Assembly: GCA_050173015.1 (NCBI GenBank) | Contig: JBFXLE010000003.1 | Span: forward strand, 96,001 to 160,000 | Direction: 5' to 3' | DNA from: Calditrichaceae bacterium | GTDB taxonomy: Bacteria; Calditrichota; Calditrichia; Calditrichales; JBFXGD01 | Length of the DNA stretch: 64,000 nucleotides | Shown: in pieces, positions 20,218 through 28,990 of the stretch | Position numbering within the stretch: the stretch's first letter is position 1 | Layout of the letters: every line of letters starts with the position of its first letter | Translations under genes and position numbers: made by a program | The notes under the pieces: generated by a model | Seen by the model: the letters and a program-made list of their open reading frames with translations, nothing else | The model's database searches: none | What the model was told of the DNA's origin: nothing

Positions 20218-20220
20218 TAT

Positions 20221-21783
20221 ATGGAAAAAATCATTTCGGAAATTCAGGCAAACCGGAAGAATCTTGTCGATAGCGCGATTGAGACCGTTCTTACCTCCGG
20301 ATGGAGTTCGGATATAAAAATAACCGCTCCAGAACTTGAAAAAATATTTGATAATCTTTTTGCAAGTCTTGAAAAAGATCTGGCGGCAAAAACTGAAAAC
20401 GATTTCGGCAAATATCTGTATTCAAATTATCTCCGGTCGGTAAAGAGTCTTTCTGTCTTGAAGAACAATTTTCATACGCAGTTAACGATTCTTGGCATGG
20501 CAAGAACTGTAATTAATCATTTTCTTTCTAACCTCACCTCTGTCGGAATGGAAGAAATCAGACTTAAATTTAGTATGATTCAAAAAATATTTGACCATAC
20601 ACTGATCGAGCTTAGTCAGTGGTGGGGGCAAATTTATGAGGAATTCAGAATAAGTGACCAAAAACTGATACAAGAATTAAAAATTGTCAAAGACGGCCTT
20701 CAAAAACATCTGAATGTCATATATCAGATAATTAATGAATCACCCGTGGGGGTTGTCGATTGCGATTCAGAACTTATTGTTAAACACTGGAATCCGATGG
20801 CAGTCCGGCTTACGGGATTTCAGCCGAATGAAATACTTAAAAAAAGTGTTTTATATTTTATCGCGGATCAATCGCGTCAAAAATTTCTGGAAAAAATAAG
20901 AGGCGGCAGAAAATGGATTCCAAATTTGCGGCTGTTTATAAAAACGAAAAACGACTTACCTATCCCGGTAATATTCTCGATAAGTAAAATAAAAAATGTT
21001 AACGTGGCCAATATTGTATACATCATAAACTTCCAGAGTTCGGGAAATCAAGCGGGATTTAAGTCCAATGTACAGCAATTGAATCAATTAACAGCCATTG
21101 CGCGCCTGACCAGCGCGATCATGCACGACATCAGAAACCCGCTGAATTCCATCGGACTTAATCTGGATGTGCTTGAGCAGCAATTAGTTGAACAAAATGA
21201 AAACCTGCTTACAAAGGAACATAAAAATCTCATCGCAAGAATTCAGAATGAGATCGTTCAATTAAGCAGTAATCTTAATCATTATATTACCTATAGTCAT
21301 TTATCACAGCTTCAGCTCGAGCCTCTGGATATGAACCGGCAACTGAAAATTTTTACGGATGAATCGCGTTTTGAACTCAGCCATAAAAATATAAAATTTA
21401 TTTTACGAACCGGCAGAAGCGCTTGCCGTATAATGGGTGATTGGCTTCAGCTAAGAAGAGTATTCGCGAATATCGTTCAAAATTCCGCTGAGGCCATAAA
21501 TTCGGACGGGATCATAAAGATCGTCATGCAAAAAAGAGGTTCCCGTGTTATCATTTCCATAAAAGATAACGGAGAAGGTTTGGACCCACACAAAAAAACA
21601 CAAATTTTCGAACCCTTTTTTTCCACAAAAAAATCAGGTACAGGTTTAGGTCTGTTTATTTCCCGGGAGATTGTGATGGCCCATCGCGGAAAGATTTCCT
21701 GTCGTTCAGGCAAGGACACAGGCACATTATTCACAATTAGTTTTCCGCTGGTAACCGATGAAGGAGACAAAAGAATTGCCTAA
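20221..21783 (+). CDS. Cytoplasmic PAS-domain sensor histidine kinase (NtrB-like)
   Basis: PAS (IINESPVGVVDCD..WNPMAVRLTGFQPNEIL), H-box IMHDIRNPLNSI, N-box QLRRVFANIVQNSAEA, DNGEG, IFEPFFSTK, GTGLGL; no TM segment. Confidence 0.92.
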   Translation: MEKIISEIQANRKNLVDSAIETVLTSGWSSDIKITAPELEKIFDNLFASLEKDLAAKTENDFGKYLYSNYLRSVKSLSVLKNNFHTQLTILGMARTVINHFLSNLTSVGMEEIRLKFSMIQKIFDHTLIELSQWWGQIYEEFRISDQKLIQELKIVKDGLQKHLNVIYQIINESPVGVVDCDSELIVKHWNPMAVRLTGFQPNEILKKSVLYFIADQSRQKFLEKIRGGRKWIPNLRLFIKTKNDLPIPVIFSISKIKNVNVANIVYIINFQSSGNQAGFKSNVQQLNQLTAIARLTSAIMHDIRNPLNSIGLNLDVLEQQLVEQNENLLTKEHKNLIARIQNEIVQLSSNLNHYITYSHLSQLQLEPLDMNRQLKIFTDESRFELSHKNIKFILRTGRSACRIMGDWLQLRRVFANIVQNSAEAINSDGIIKIVMQKRGSRVIISIKDNGEGLDPHKKTQIFEPFFSTKKSGTGLGLFISREIVMAHRGKISCRSGKDTGTLFTISFPLVTDEGDKRIA

Positions 21784-23128
21784 TTTGAAAGTGCTGATCG
21801 TCGATGATGAAGAAAATACTCTTCAGGCCCTGAAAATGGGTCTTAATGTGAATGGATACGAAATACTGACCGAGGTATCGCGCAATGACGCGATCAATTT
21901 GCTAAAAAAGGAAGACATTGATATTGTCATCACCGATCTTAAACTGAAAGACGGATCGGGGCTTGATATCCTCAGTTATATTCAGGAGAATAACAACCGG
22001 ATTCCTGTTATTATCATTACCGCTCACGGCTCAGTCGAATCAGCGATAGAAGCTATTCGCAGCGGCGCTTATGATTATCTTGTAAAACCATTTCGTCTGG
22101 CCGATCTAAAAAAATTATTGACCAGACTCAGCGAGACAATACTTTTACGCCGCGAAAACGAGCAGCTTAAAAGCCAGCTCCGGCCTGAGACAGGGATGAT
22201 TCAATTAATCGGCGTGAATCAGCGTTTTAAGAGAATTATTGAATTTATCCGACAAATCGCCTCATCAAGAAGCACAGTCTTAATCACCGGCGAGACAGGC
22301 ACCGGGAAAGAAGTTGCTGCTAACGCTATTCATTTTTACAGTCAGCGTTCAGCAAAATCCTTTGTTAAAATCAACTGCGGGGCCATCCCGGAAACATTGT
22401 TGGAAGCCGAATTATTTGGATATGAACGCGGCGCTTTTACCGGGGCAGTTAAACAAAAAAAGGGTAAAATCGAGTTGGCGAACGACGGAACGCTTTTTTT
22501 AGACGAAATAGGTGAACTCTCCCCCTCCATGCAGGTGAAATTGCTCCGTGTTTTACAAAATGGAGAGTTTGAACGTCTGGGGGATACGGTCACACAGAAG
22601 GTGGACGTTCGTTTTATCGCGGCCACTAACGTGAGTTTGAAGGAACGCGTCTCCCTTGGAACATTCAGGGAAGATCTGTACTACCGTCTAAACGTCATGA
22701 CAATTCAAATGCCTTCACTCAGGGAAAGACTGGATGACATCCCCTATCTCGTTCAATATTTTATTGAAAAATATAATAACATTAATTCTAAAAGCGTACA
22801 GGGAGTGACCCCCGAAGTTATTAAACAAATGATGCGCTACCCCTGGCGCGGCAACATTCGTGAACTGGAGAATATGATTGAAAGAGCTGTTGTGCTTTGT
22901 CAGAATGACTTTCTAAAAGCAGAACATTTTCCAATGCTGCTGGAAGATATTGATGATGCTCAGCGCATGATAAAATTTGAAGTTGGCCATACGCTTTCTG
23001 AGATAGAAAAATCAGTTATTCAACGCACACTGCTATACTACCAGTATGATAAACAAAAAACAGCAATGACGTTGCAGATAAGTTTGGCGACCCTTTACAG
23101 AAAAATAAAAGAGTACGGATTGGAATAG
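21758..23128 (+). CDS. sigma54-dependent response regulator (REC-AAA+-Fis HTH, NtrC/AtoC family)
   Basis: VLIVDDE, ITDLKL, GETGTGKE, INCGAIP, GAFTGA, TLFLDEIGE, FREDLYYRL, WRGNIRELEN, ATLYRKIKEY. Confidence 0.96.
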   Translation: MKETKELPNLKVLIVDDEENTLQALKMGLNVNGYEILTEVSRNDAINLLKKEDIDIVITDLKLKDGSGLDILSYIQENNNRIPVIIITAHGSVESAIEAIRSGAYDYLVKPFRLADLKKLLTRLSETILLRRENEQLKSQLRPETGMIQLIGVNQRFKRIIEFIRQIASSRSTVLITGETGTGKEVAANAIHFYSQRSAKSFVKINCGAIPETLLEAELFGYERGAFTGAVKQKKGKIELANDGTLFLDEIGELSPSMQVKLLRVLQNGEFERLGDTVTQKVDVRFIAATNVSLKERVSLGTFREDLYYRLNVMTIQMPSLRERLDDIPYLVQYFIEKYNNINSKSVQGVTPEVIKQMMRYPWRGNIRELENMIERAVVLCQNDFLKAEHFPMLLEDIDDAQRMIKFEVGHTLSEIEKSVIQRTLLYYQYDKQKTAMTLQISLATLYRKIKEYGLE

Positions 23129-23141
23129 ATACATCTTTTCA

Positions 23142-23237
23142 TTATCATTTTGATATTTATTACCCCCTCATTTGAACAATATTCTCAAAATGAGAACCAA
23201 TATCACCATCATAAATCCTATTTTATCATTTTGAGAA
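23142..23237. promoter_or_regulatory. Three palindromic enhancer (UAS) sites TT(A/C)TCA-n3-TGA(G/T)A
   Basis: TATCA-TTT-TGATA (23143-23155), TTCTCA-AAA-TGAGAA (23182-23196), TTATCA-TTT-TGAGAA (23223-23237); centres 40 and 41 bp apart. Confidence 0.7.
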
Positions 23238-23281
23238 TATACGTATTCATCCCTCACCGGTCCTCACTTTTATACAGCTAA

Positions 23282-23294
23282 TAAATGCTTGATA
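23282..23294 (-). promoter_or_regulatory. Putative IHF binding site
   Basis: Minus strand TATCAAGCATTTA matches WATCAAnnnnTTR and lies between the UAS sites and the sigma54 core. Confidence 0.55.
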
Positions 23295-23323
23295 TTATTG
23301 TGTTTACTTGCTGTAAATAATCA

Positions 23324-23340
23324 TTGGCACGTTTATTGTA
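23324..23340 (+). promoter_or_regulatory. sigma54 (-24/-12) promoter
   Basis: TTGGCACGTTTATTGTA versus consensus TGGCAC-n5-TTGCW; one mismatch at the -12 C; directly downstream of a sigma54 activator gene. Confidence 0.75.
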
Positions 23341-23389
23341 ATTTACACACAAAACATGTTAACCGTTGATTATCCGAGAGGTAAGGATC

Positions 23390-24490
23390 ATGAAAATCGC
23401 GCTTACGTTCAGCAGTAAAAATGGACTGCTAAATGAATACAAAAAGAGAGCAGGCTCTATCAACCATATTAATGAGATACCGCAGGATTTTTTCGCCGAG
23501 GGTGATAGTATGGTGACTATAAACGCAGTGATTGATGCTTTAACCACTGCCGGACATGAAGTCACCGGTATCGAAGCAAATGATCAGGCTGCCGAGAGAT
23601 TGGATGAACTGAGCCCTGAACTGGTTTTTAACATGGCCGAAGGACTTTTTGGCGATTTCCGTGAATCATATATACCTTTAATATGCGAGAGGCTCGGCCT
23701 TCCATATACCGGTTCTGACCCTCTTACTCTGGCCATCGCGCTAAATAAAGCGCGTACAAAAGAAATTTTAACCTATTACGGTATTCCAAATCCGCAATTC
23801 AGAATTTTTTTCCCTTTACATGAAATTGATCTGAACGGCTTTGAATTCCCGGGGATTATTAAACCGGTTTCAGAGGGCAGCAGCAAGGGAATATTCAACG
23901 ATTCAGTAGTATATGATTCTTACACAGCCGGTCAAAAAATCAGAGAAAAATTACTGCAATATAATCAGCCGGTACTTTTAGAAAAATTTCTCACCGGACG
24001 TGAATTTACTGTAGGTATCTGGGGAAACGGCAACAATGTGGAAGTTTTACCGATTGTTTCCATCGACTATTCTGAGCTTCCGGAAGGCGCTCACCCCATA
24101 TACTCCTACGAAGCGAAATGGATTTGGGATACACCGGAAAAACCGTTAAATATTTTTGAATGCCCGGCGGATATTTCTTCATCACTTCTCAAAAAAGTTG
24201 AAGAAGTCGTAAAAGATACCTACAGGGTGATGAGAATCAGAGACTGGTGCCGTGTTGATGTGAGGCTCGACGGCGACAATATTCCAAATGTACTTGAATT
24301 GAATCCTATACCCGGAATCCTTCCGGACCCGAAAGAAAATTCATGTTTTCCAAAGGCGGCGAGAACAGCCGGATACAATTACGTAGAAATGCTCGACAGA
24401 ATTATCGCCATAGCGGCCAAAAGATATGATCTGAAAAGTACAATTCCACAGTTGATGGAAAGGGAACTTCCGATACTGAATGTTGGATAA
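23390..24490 (+). CDS. D-Ala-D-Ala ligase-like ATP-grasp protein (non-canonical), copy 1
   Basis: FNMAEGLFG..RESYIPLICERLGLPYTGSD..LNKARTK, IIKPVSEGSSKGI, EKFLTGREFTV, RVDVRLD, LELNPIPG. Lacks the Ddl N-terminal GGxSxE(H/R)xVS motif. Start ATG 23390 after AAGGA. Confidence 0.85.
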   Translation: MKIALTFSSKNGLLNEYKKRAGSINHINEIPQDFFAEGDSMVTINAVIDALTTAGHEVTGIEANDQAAERLDELSPELVFNMAEGLFGDFRESYIPLICERLGLPYTGSDPLTLAIALNKARTKEILTYYGIPNPQFRIFFPLHEIDLNGFEFPGIIKPVSEGSSKGIFNDSVVYDSYTAGQKIREKLLQYNQPVLLEKFLTGREFTVGIWGNGNNVEVLPIVSIDYSELPEGAHPIYSYEAKWIWDTPEKPLNIFECPADISSSLLKKVEEVVKDTYRVMRIRDWCRVDVRLDGDNIPNVLELNPIPGILPDPKENSCFPKAARTAGYNYVEMLDRIIAIAAKRYDLKSTIPQLMERELPILNVG

Positions 24491-24537
24491 TTCAACTTTA
24501 AAATGATGGTGGGAATACGGGTAGAGAGAAAACCAAA

Positions 24538-25572
24538 ATGGATAATTCAAAAATTAAATACAAGGTGATGATCGCTTATAACGAACCGGACCCGGAAAGC
24601 GGTGAAAAATCAATTGATTTTTTATCAGAGGAAGCGGTGAAGGATGAAGCGGAAGCCGTTTACGATACGCTACAGAAATCCGGCCATCAGGTGGAATACA
24701 TCGCTATTCATGATCTTGACAATGATCTTAAAAAAATCCGGACATATCAACCTGACGTGATATTTAATTTGTGTGAAGGATTCCGGGGCAATGCAAGACA
24801 TGAGATGCATATGGCGGGATTTTGGGAATTGCTGGGAATTCCTTACACCGGAAACAACGCGTTAACGCTTGGTATCGCGCAAAATAAGGTATTGACTAAA
24901 AAATTATTGGAATCGAAAAAGATATCAACTCCGATGTATCAGGTATTCCGGGAAGCCCCGGCTAAAACATATTTAAGTTATCCCCTAATCGCGAAACCCG
25001 CGCAGGAAGATGCCAGCCTTGGAATCACACAGAAATCGGTAATTGAAAATTTCGATCAGTTATATTCTGTGGTAGATGAATTGATAAATCGTTATCGGCA
25101 GCCCGTTCTTGTGGAAAAATTTATTCCCGGGAGAGAATTTAATGTCAGTATTCTCGGCAATAAAAATCCCAGAGTTTTACCGATCTCTGAGATCAATTTC
25201 GGGGACGTTCACAAGAAGTACCACCGGATAACGAGCTATGAAGCAAAATGGCTGACCGATCATGAACTATATAAAAAAACGCCTGCTGTCTGTCCCGCGG
25301 ATATATCAGATGAACTGAAATCAAAACTGGCGGACACAGCTTTGCAGGTTTATCAGTTATTAAACGGCCGGGATTACGGCAGAGTTGATATCCGGCTTGA
25401 TATGTCTGAAAAAATTTATGTTCTGGAATATAATCCCAATCCCGATATTTCCCCGGACGCCGGTTATTCAAGATCATTGAAGGCGGCCGGTATAAAATAC
25501 AGTGAATTTGTCGAGCTTCTTCTAAGGGAAGCATTAGAAAGGACTGAAATTGATAAATATCCGAAAAATTGA
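24538..25572 (+). CDS. D-Ala-D-Ala ligase-like ATP-grasp protein (non-canonical), copy 2
   Basis: IFNLCEGF, GIPYTGN..QNKVLTK, IAKPAQEDASLGI, EKFIPGREFNV, YGRVDIRL, LEYNPNPDI. Confidence 0.85.
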   Translation: MDNSKIKYKVMIAYNEPDPESGEKSIDFLSEEAVKDEAEAVYDTLQKSGHQVEYIAIHDLDNDLKKIRTYQPDVIFNLCEGFRGNARHEMHMAGFWELLGIPYTGNNALTLGIAQNKVLTKKLLESKKISTPMYQVFREAPAKTYLSYPLIAKPAQEDASLGITQKSVIENFDQLYSVVDELINRYRQPVLVEKFIPGREFNVSILGNKNPRVLPISEINFGDVHKKYHRITSYEAKWLTDHELYKKTPAVCPADISDELKSKLADTALQVYQLLNGRDYGRVDIRLDMSEKIYVLEYNPNPDISPDAGYSRSLKAAGIKYSEFVELLLREALERTEIDKYPKN

Positions 25573-26029
25573 GTCAAAAGACCGCGAGCCGGTTTATGAG
25601 ATTCTCCAGCAGACCGATATGTTTTCTCCGGCTGAAATCGATGTCGCCATGGAGCTCATCGATACCGTTCTGTTTAATAAAGATCAAAAGGATTATCTGA
25701 TATACGTCGGCGAAAGCAAAGCGAACGAAGTTGTCGGGTATGTATGTTACGGCCCCACGCCCGCGACAGAAGGTACTTTTGATCTGTACTGGATTGCGGT
25801 ATCACCCGCGTTTCAGGGAAAAGGCGCCGGAAAAGAATTATTACACTTTATTGAATCCGAAGTCAAAAACAAAAATGGCAGATTGATCATTATTGAGACA
25901 TCCTCTCAATCCAAATATCTGCCGACTCGTGAATTTTATCTGAGGAATAAATATAAAATAGCAGCGCAAATTAAAGATTTTTATCGCATGGGTGATGATC
26001 GTGTCATCTTTGTAAACTATTTCCATTAA
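25550..26029 (+). CDS. GNAT family N-acetyltransferase
   Basis: VGYVCYGPTP..EGTFDLYWIAVSPAFQGKGAGKELL (acetyl-CoA motif A), IETSS..Y..TREFY. Confidence 0.9.
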   Translation: MINIRKIESKDREPVYEILQQTDMFSPAEIDVAMELIDTVLFNKDQKDYLIYVGESKANEVVGYVCYGPTPATEGTFDLYWIAVSPAFQGKGAGKELLHFIESEVKNKNGRLIIIETSSQSKYLPTREFYLRNKYKIAAQIKDFYRMGDDRVIFVNYFH

Positions 26030-26050
26030 GTATCGGAGGTATAGAATAAA

Positions 26051-27169
26051 ATGGAGCGATGGAGAAAAATTCTTCAGCAGAGTGTCACAAGTATTGAAGA
26101 GATTTCCAGGAGATTTGATATTCCTCTTGATGAATTGAGAGGGCTTGATGATGAATTTAATATTAAAATTACGCCTTATTATCTTTCCCTGATTAAGGAA
26201 AAAGGCGATGCCATATATAAGCAAATCATTCCGGATAAAGCCGAACTTATTGATGATGGCCTTCTGGAAGATCCGTTGGCGGAGGATCAGTTCTCGCCGG
26301 TAGCAAACATTGTGCACCGTTACCCGGACAGGTGTCTGTTTCTGGTCGCGCATGCATGCGCCTCCTATTGCCGCTTCTGTACCCGCAAAAGAAAGGTCGG
26401 CGATCCATCAAAGATCAGCTTAAAATATCTGGACGACGGCTTTGAATATATCGCCAGTCATCCTGAGATTCGTGACGTCATCATTTCAGGAGGTGATCCA
26501 CTGATACTTGCCGATGATAAACTTGAATATATTTTACAAAAGCTGCGGCAAATTCCACATATTCAAATTATCCGCATTGGAAGCCGCATTCCATGCTTTC
26601 TGCCTCAAAGAATTACAACAAAACTCGTAAATATGTTAAAGAAGTATCATCCATTGTTCATCAACGTGCATTTCAACCACCCGGATGAACTCACTCCGGT
26701 TGCGGTCAAGGCTTTGGGAAGACTTGCAAACGCCGGAATACCTTTGGGAAATCAGACTGTCTTGCTAAAGGGGGTAAATGATGACCCTGAAGTGATGAAA
26801 AAACTGATGCAGAAATTACTTAGCGCCCGTGTGCGGCCTTACTACATTTATCAGGCCGATATGGTTTTTGGCACAGCGCACTTCCGCACTCAGGTTGAAA
26901 AAGGCCTTGAGATTATCGAAGCCTTGCGCGGATGGACATCCGGACTTGCTGTTCCGCACTTTGTAATCGACGCCCCGGGAGGCGGCGGGAAAATCCCTAT
27001 TTTACCGCAGTATATGCTAAAAATGAATGATGATGAAGTCATCCTGCGTAATTATAAGGGAAAAGTCTACCGATATAAGCAGCCATCGGGTAACGGTAAA
27101 ATGCACATTGAAGAGATGCTGGAATATGTTTCCGAAAATAACGGTACAGATAAACATGTAATTATATAA
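26051..27169 (+). CDS. kamA: KamA family radical SAM/PLP enzyme, probable lysine 2,3-aminomutase
   Basis: HRYPDR, CASYCRFCTR (CxxxCxxC), ISGGDPL, HFNHPDE, NQTVLLKGVND, RPYYIYQAD, VIDAPGGGGK (PLP lysine). Confidence 0.9.
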   Translation: MERWRKILQQSVTSIEEISRRFDIPLDELRGLDDEFNIKITPYYLSLIKEKGDAIYKQIIPDKAELIDDGLLEDPLAEDQFSPVANIVHRYPDRCLFLVAHACASYCRFCTRKRKVGDPSKISLKYLDDGFEYIASHPEIRDVIISGGDPLILADDKLEYILQKLRQIPHIQIIRIGSRIPCFLPQRITTKLVNMLKKYHPLFINVHFNHPDELTPVAVKALGRLANAGIPLGNQTVLLKGVNDDPEVMKKLMQKLLSARVRPYYIYQADMVFGTAHFRTQVEKGLEIIEALRGWTSGLAVPHFVIDAPGGGGKIPILPQYMLKMNDDEVILRNYKGKVYRYKQPSGNGKMHIEEMLEYVSENNGTDKHVII

Positions 27170-27235
27170 TGATAGTGGTATATTAATCAGCGGATTTGAA
27201 TTTTCTCTTTCTGTTGAAGACAAAACACCTGGAAA

Positions 27236-28990
27236 ATGAGGATAAGTTTAGTGTTCAGAATAAGGCGTATTTATGATGATCTGATCCCGATTGATCGAAT
27301 CGCGATTGCTCAGGTTCAGGCGATCCTGAGATCACAATTTCCCGAGATAAAAGAAGATGAAATCATCAAACTCCCGGAGAAGCTGCACAATCCGCTCAAA
27401 TACCGTTTCCGCTCCATTTTGTTCGTCGCGGATGACGTAAAGGGGCAGGTAAAAGGATTCGCGTTTGTTTTGCACGATGCGGATTATAAATTCTGCTATC
27501 TCGATTTCATTTCCGCCGCAAAACAGATGACCGGACGCGGCATTGGCGGCGCGTTATACGAGCGCGTTCTCAAAGAAGCCTTATCACTGGACACGATCGG
27601 ATTGTTTTTTGAATGCCTTCCGGACGATCCGGTATTAAGTCCTGATCCAGTGATCAGAAAACAGAATATTTCACGGCTAAAATTTTATGAAAATTTTGGC
27701 GCCAGGCCAATCATAAATACCGCTTATGAGACACCTTTAAATCCTGATGATACCGATCCGCCATATCTGGTCTTTGATAGTATCGGACAAGATAAGACCT
27801 TGTCAAAAAAACATTTGCGCAAAATTATCAGAGCGATCCTGGAACGGAAATATGGTGACCTTTGCCCGGTTGAATATGTTGATATGGTAGTTTCTTCCGT
27901 AAAGGACGATCCCGTAAAACTTCGTGATCCCTTGTATGTTAAAACGGAGATACCGGAAAAGAACCCTTTAAAAACTCCGGCTGACAAAAAAATCGCTTTG
28001 GTAGTCAATGACAAACATATGATCCATCATGTTAAAGAACGCGGTTATGTGGAATCACCGATCCGCATAAAAACTATCCTTAAAGAACTTGATAGGACTG
28101 ATCTTTTTGAAACAATCCCCGTCAAGCATTATTCAGACCGGCATATTCGCGCTGTTCATGACGGACGTTTTGTCGATTATCTCCGAAATGTTTGTAAAAA
28201 TGTAAAACCGGGGAAATCCATCTACCCGTATGTGTTTCCAATTCGGAACTCGGCGAGGCCTCCAAAAGATCTGCCGATCAGAGCAGGCTACTATTGTATT
28301 GACACATTTACTCCGTTAAATCAAAACGCCTATCTCGCAGCGGTGCGCGCTGTTGATTGCTCGCTTACCGCGGCTAATCTGATCCTTGAAGGCCGAAGAC
28401 TGGCATACTCACTTGTGCGGCCTCCGGGACATCATGCCGAACACAAATCATTCGGCGGGTTTTGTTATTTCAATTCTAACGCCGTCGCGGCAAACTATTT
28501 AAGCGCTTATGGAAAAGTGGCGATTTTGGATGTTGATTATCATCATGGTAACGGGCAGCAGGATATATTCTACAAACGTTCCGATGTTCTGACTGTCTCT
28601 ATTCATGGTCATCCGCGATTCGCTTATCCATATTTCAGTGGATTTGAAGATGAAAAAGGGATAGATGCGGGAGATGGATTTAATCATAATATTCCTCTGC
28701 CTGAAAAAATTGACGGGAAAAAATATTCCGATTCTCTGGACAGGGCGCTGAAAATTATCAAAAAATTCAAACCGCAATTTTTGATTATCGCGCTTGGTCT
28801 CGATCCGGCAAAGGGCGACCCCACAGGTTCGTGGGATCTTCAGGCTAAGGATTTTGAATCGAACGGTATTAAGATAGGAGAATTGAGACTCCCAACCCTT
28901 GTTATTCAGGAAGGCGGATATAATAACCGAAATCTCGGGATAAACGCCCGATACTTTTTTTCCGGATTATGGAAAAGTATTTTCGATTAA
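27236..28990 (+). CDS. GNAT + histone deacetylase/acetylpolyamine amidohydrolase fusion protein
   Basis: N-terminal GNAT (YLDFISAA..TGRGIGGALYERV..FFECLPDD). C-terminal Zn deacetylase: RPPGHHA, GGFCYFN, ILDVDYHHGNG, SIHG, LGLD..KGDP, QEGGY. Confidence 0.88.
   Translation: MRISLVFRIRRIYDDLIPIDRIAIAQVQAILRSQFPEIKEDEIIKLPEKLHNPLKYRFRSILFVADDVKGQVKGFAFVLHDADYKFCYLDFISAAKQMTGRGIGGALYERVLKEALSLDTIGLFFECLPDDPVLSPDPVIRKQNISRLKFYENFGARPIINTAYETPLNPDDTDPPYLVFDSIGQDKTLSKKHLRKIIRAILERKYGDLCPVEYVDMVVSSVKDDPVKLRDPLYVKTEIPEKNPLKTPADKKIALVVNDKHMIHHVKERGYVESPIRIKTILKELDRTDLFETIPVKHYSDRHIRAVHDGRFVDYLRNVCKNVKPGKSIYPYVFPIRNSARPPKDLPIRAGYYCIDTFTPLNQNAYLAAVRAVDCSLTAANLILEGRRLAYSLVRPPGHHAEHKSFGGFCYFNSNAVAANYLSAYGKVAILDVDYHHGNGQQDIFYKRSDVLTVSIHGHPRFAYPYFSGFEDEKGIDAGDGFNHNIPLPEKIDGKKYSDSLDRALKIIKKFKPQFLIIALGLDPAKGDPTGSWDLQAKDFESNGIKIGELRLPTLVIQEGGYNNRNLGINARYFFSGLWKSIFD

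Noticed and set aside
23390-25572. Ddl-like pair as vancomycin-resistance (VanA/B) or canonical ddl genes
   Set aside because: The N-terminal D-Ala-binding motif is missing and there are no vanH/vanX/vanRS or mur/fts genes.
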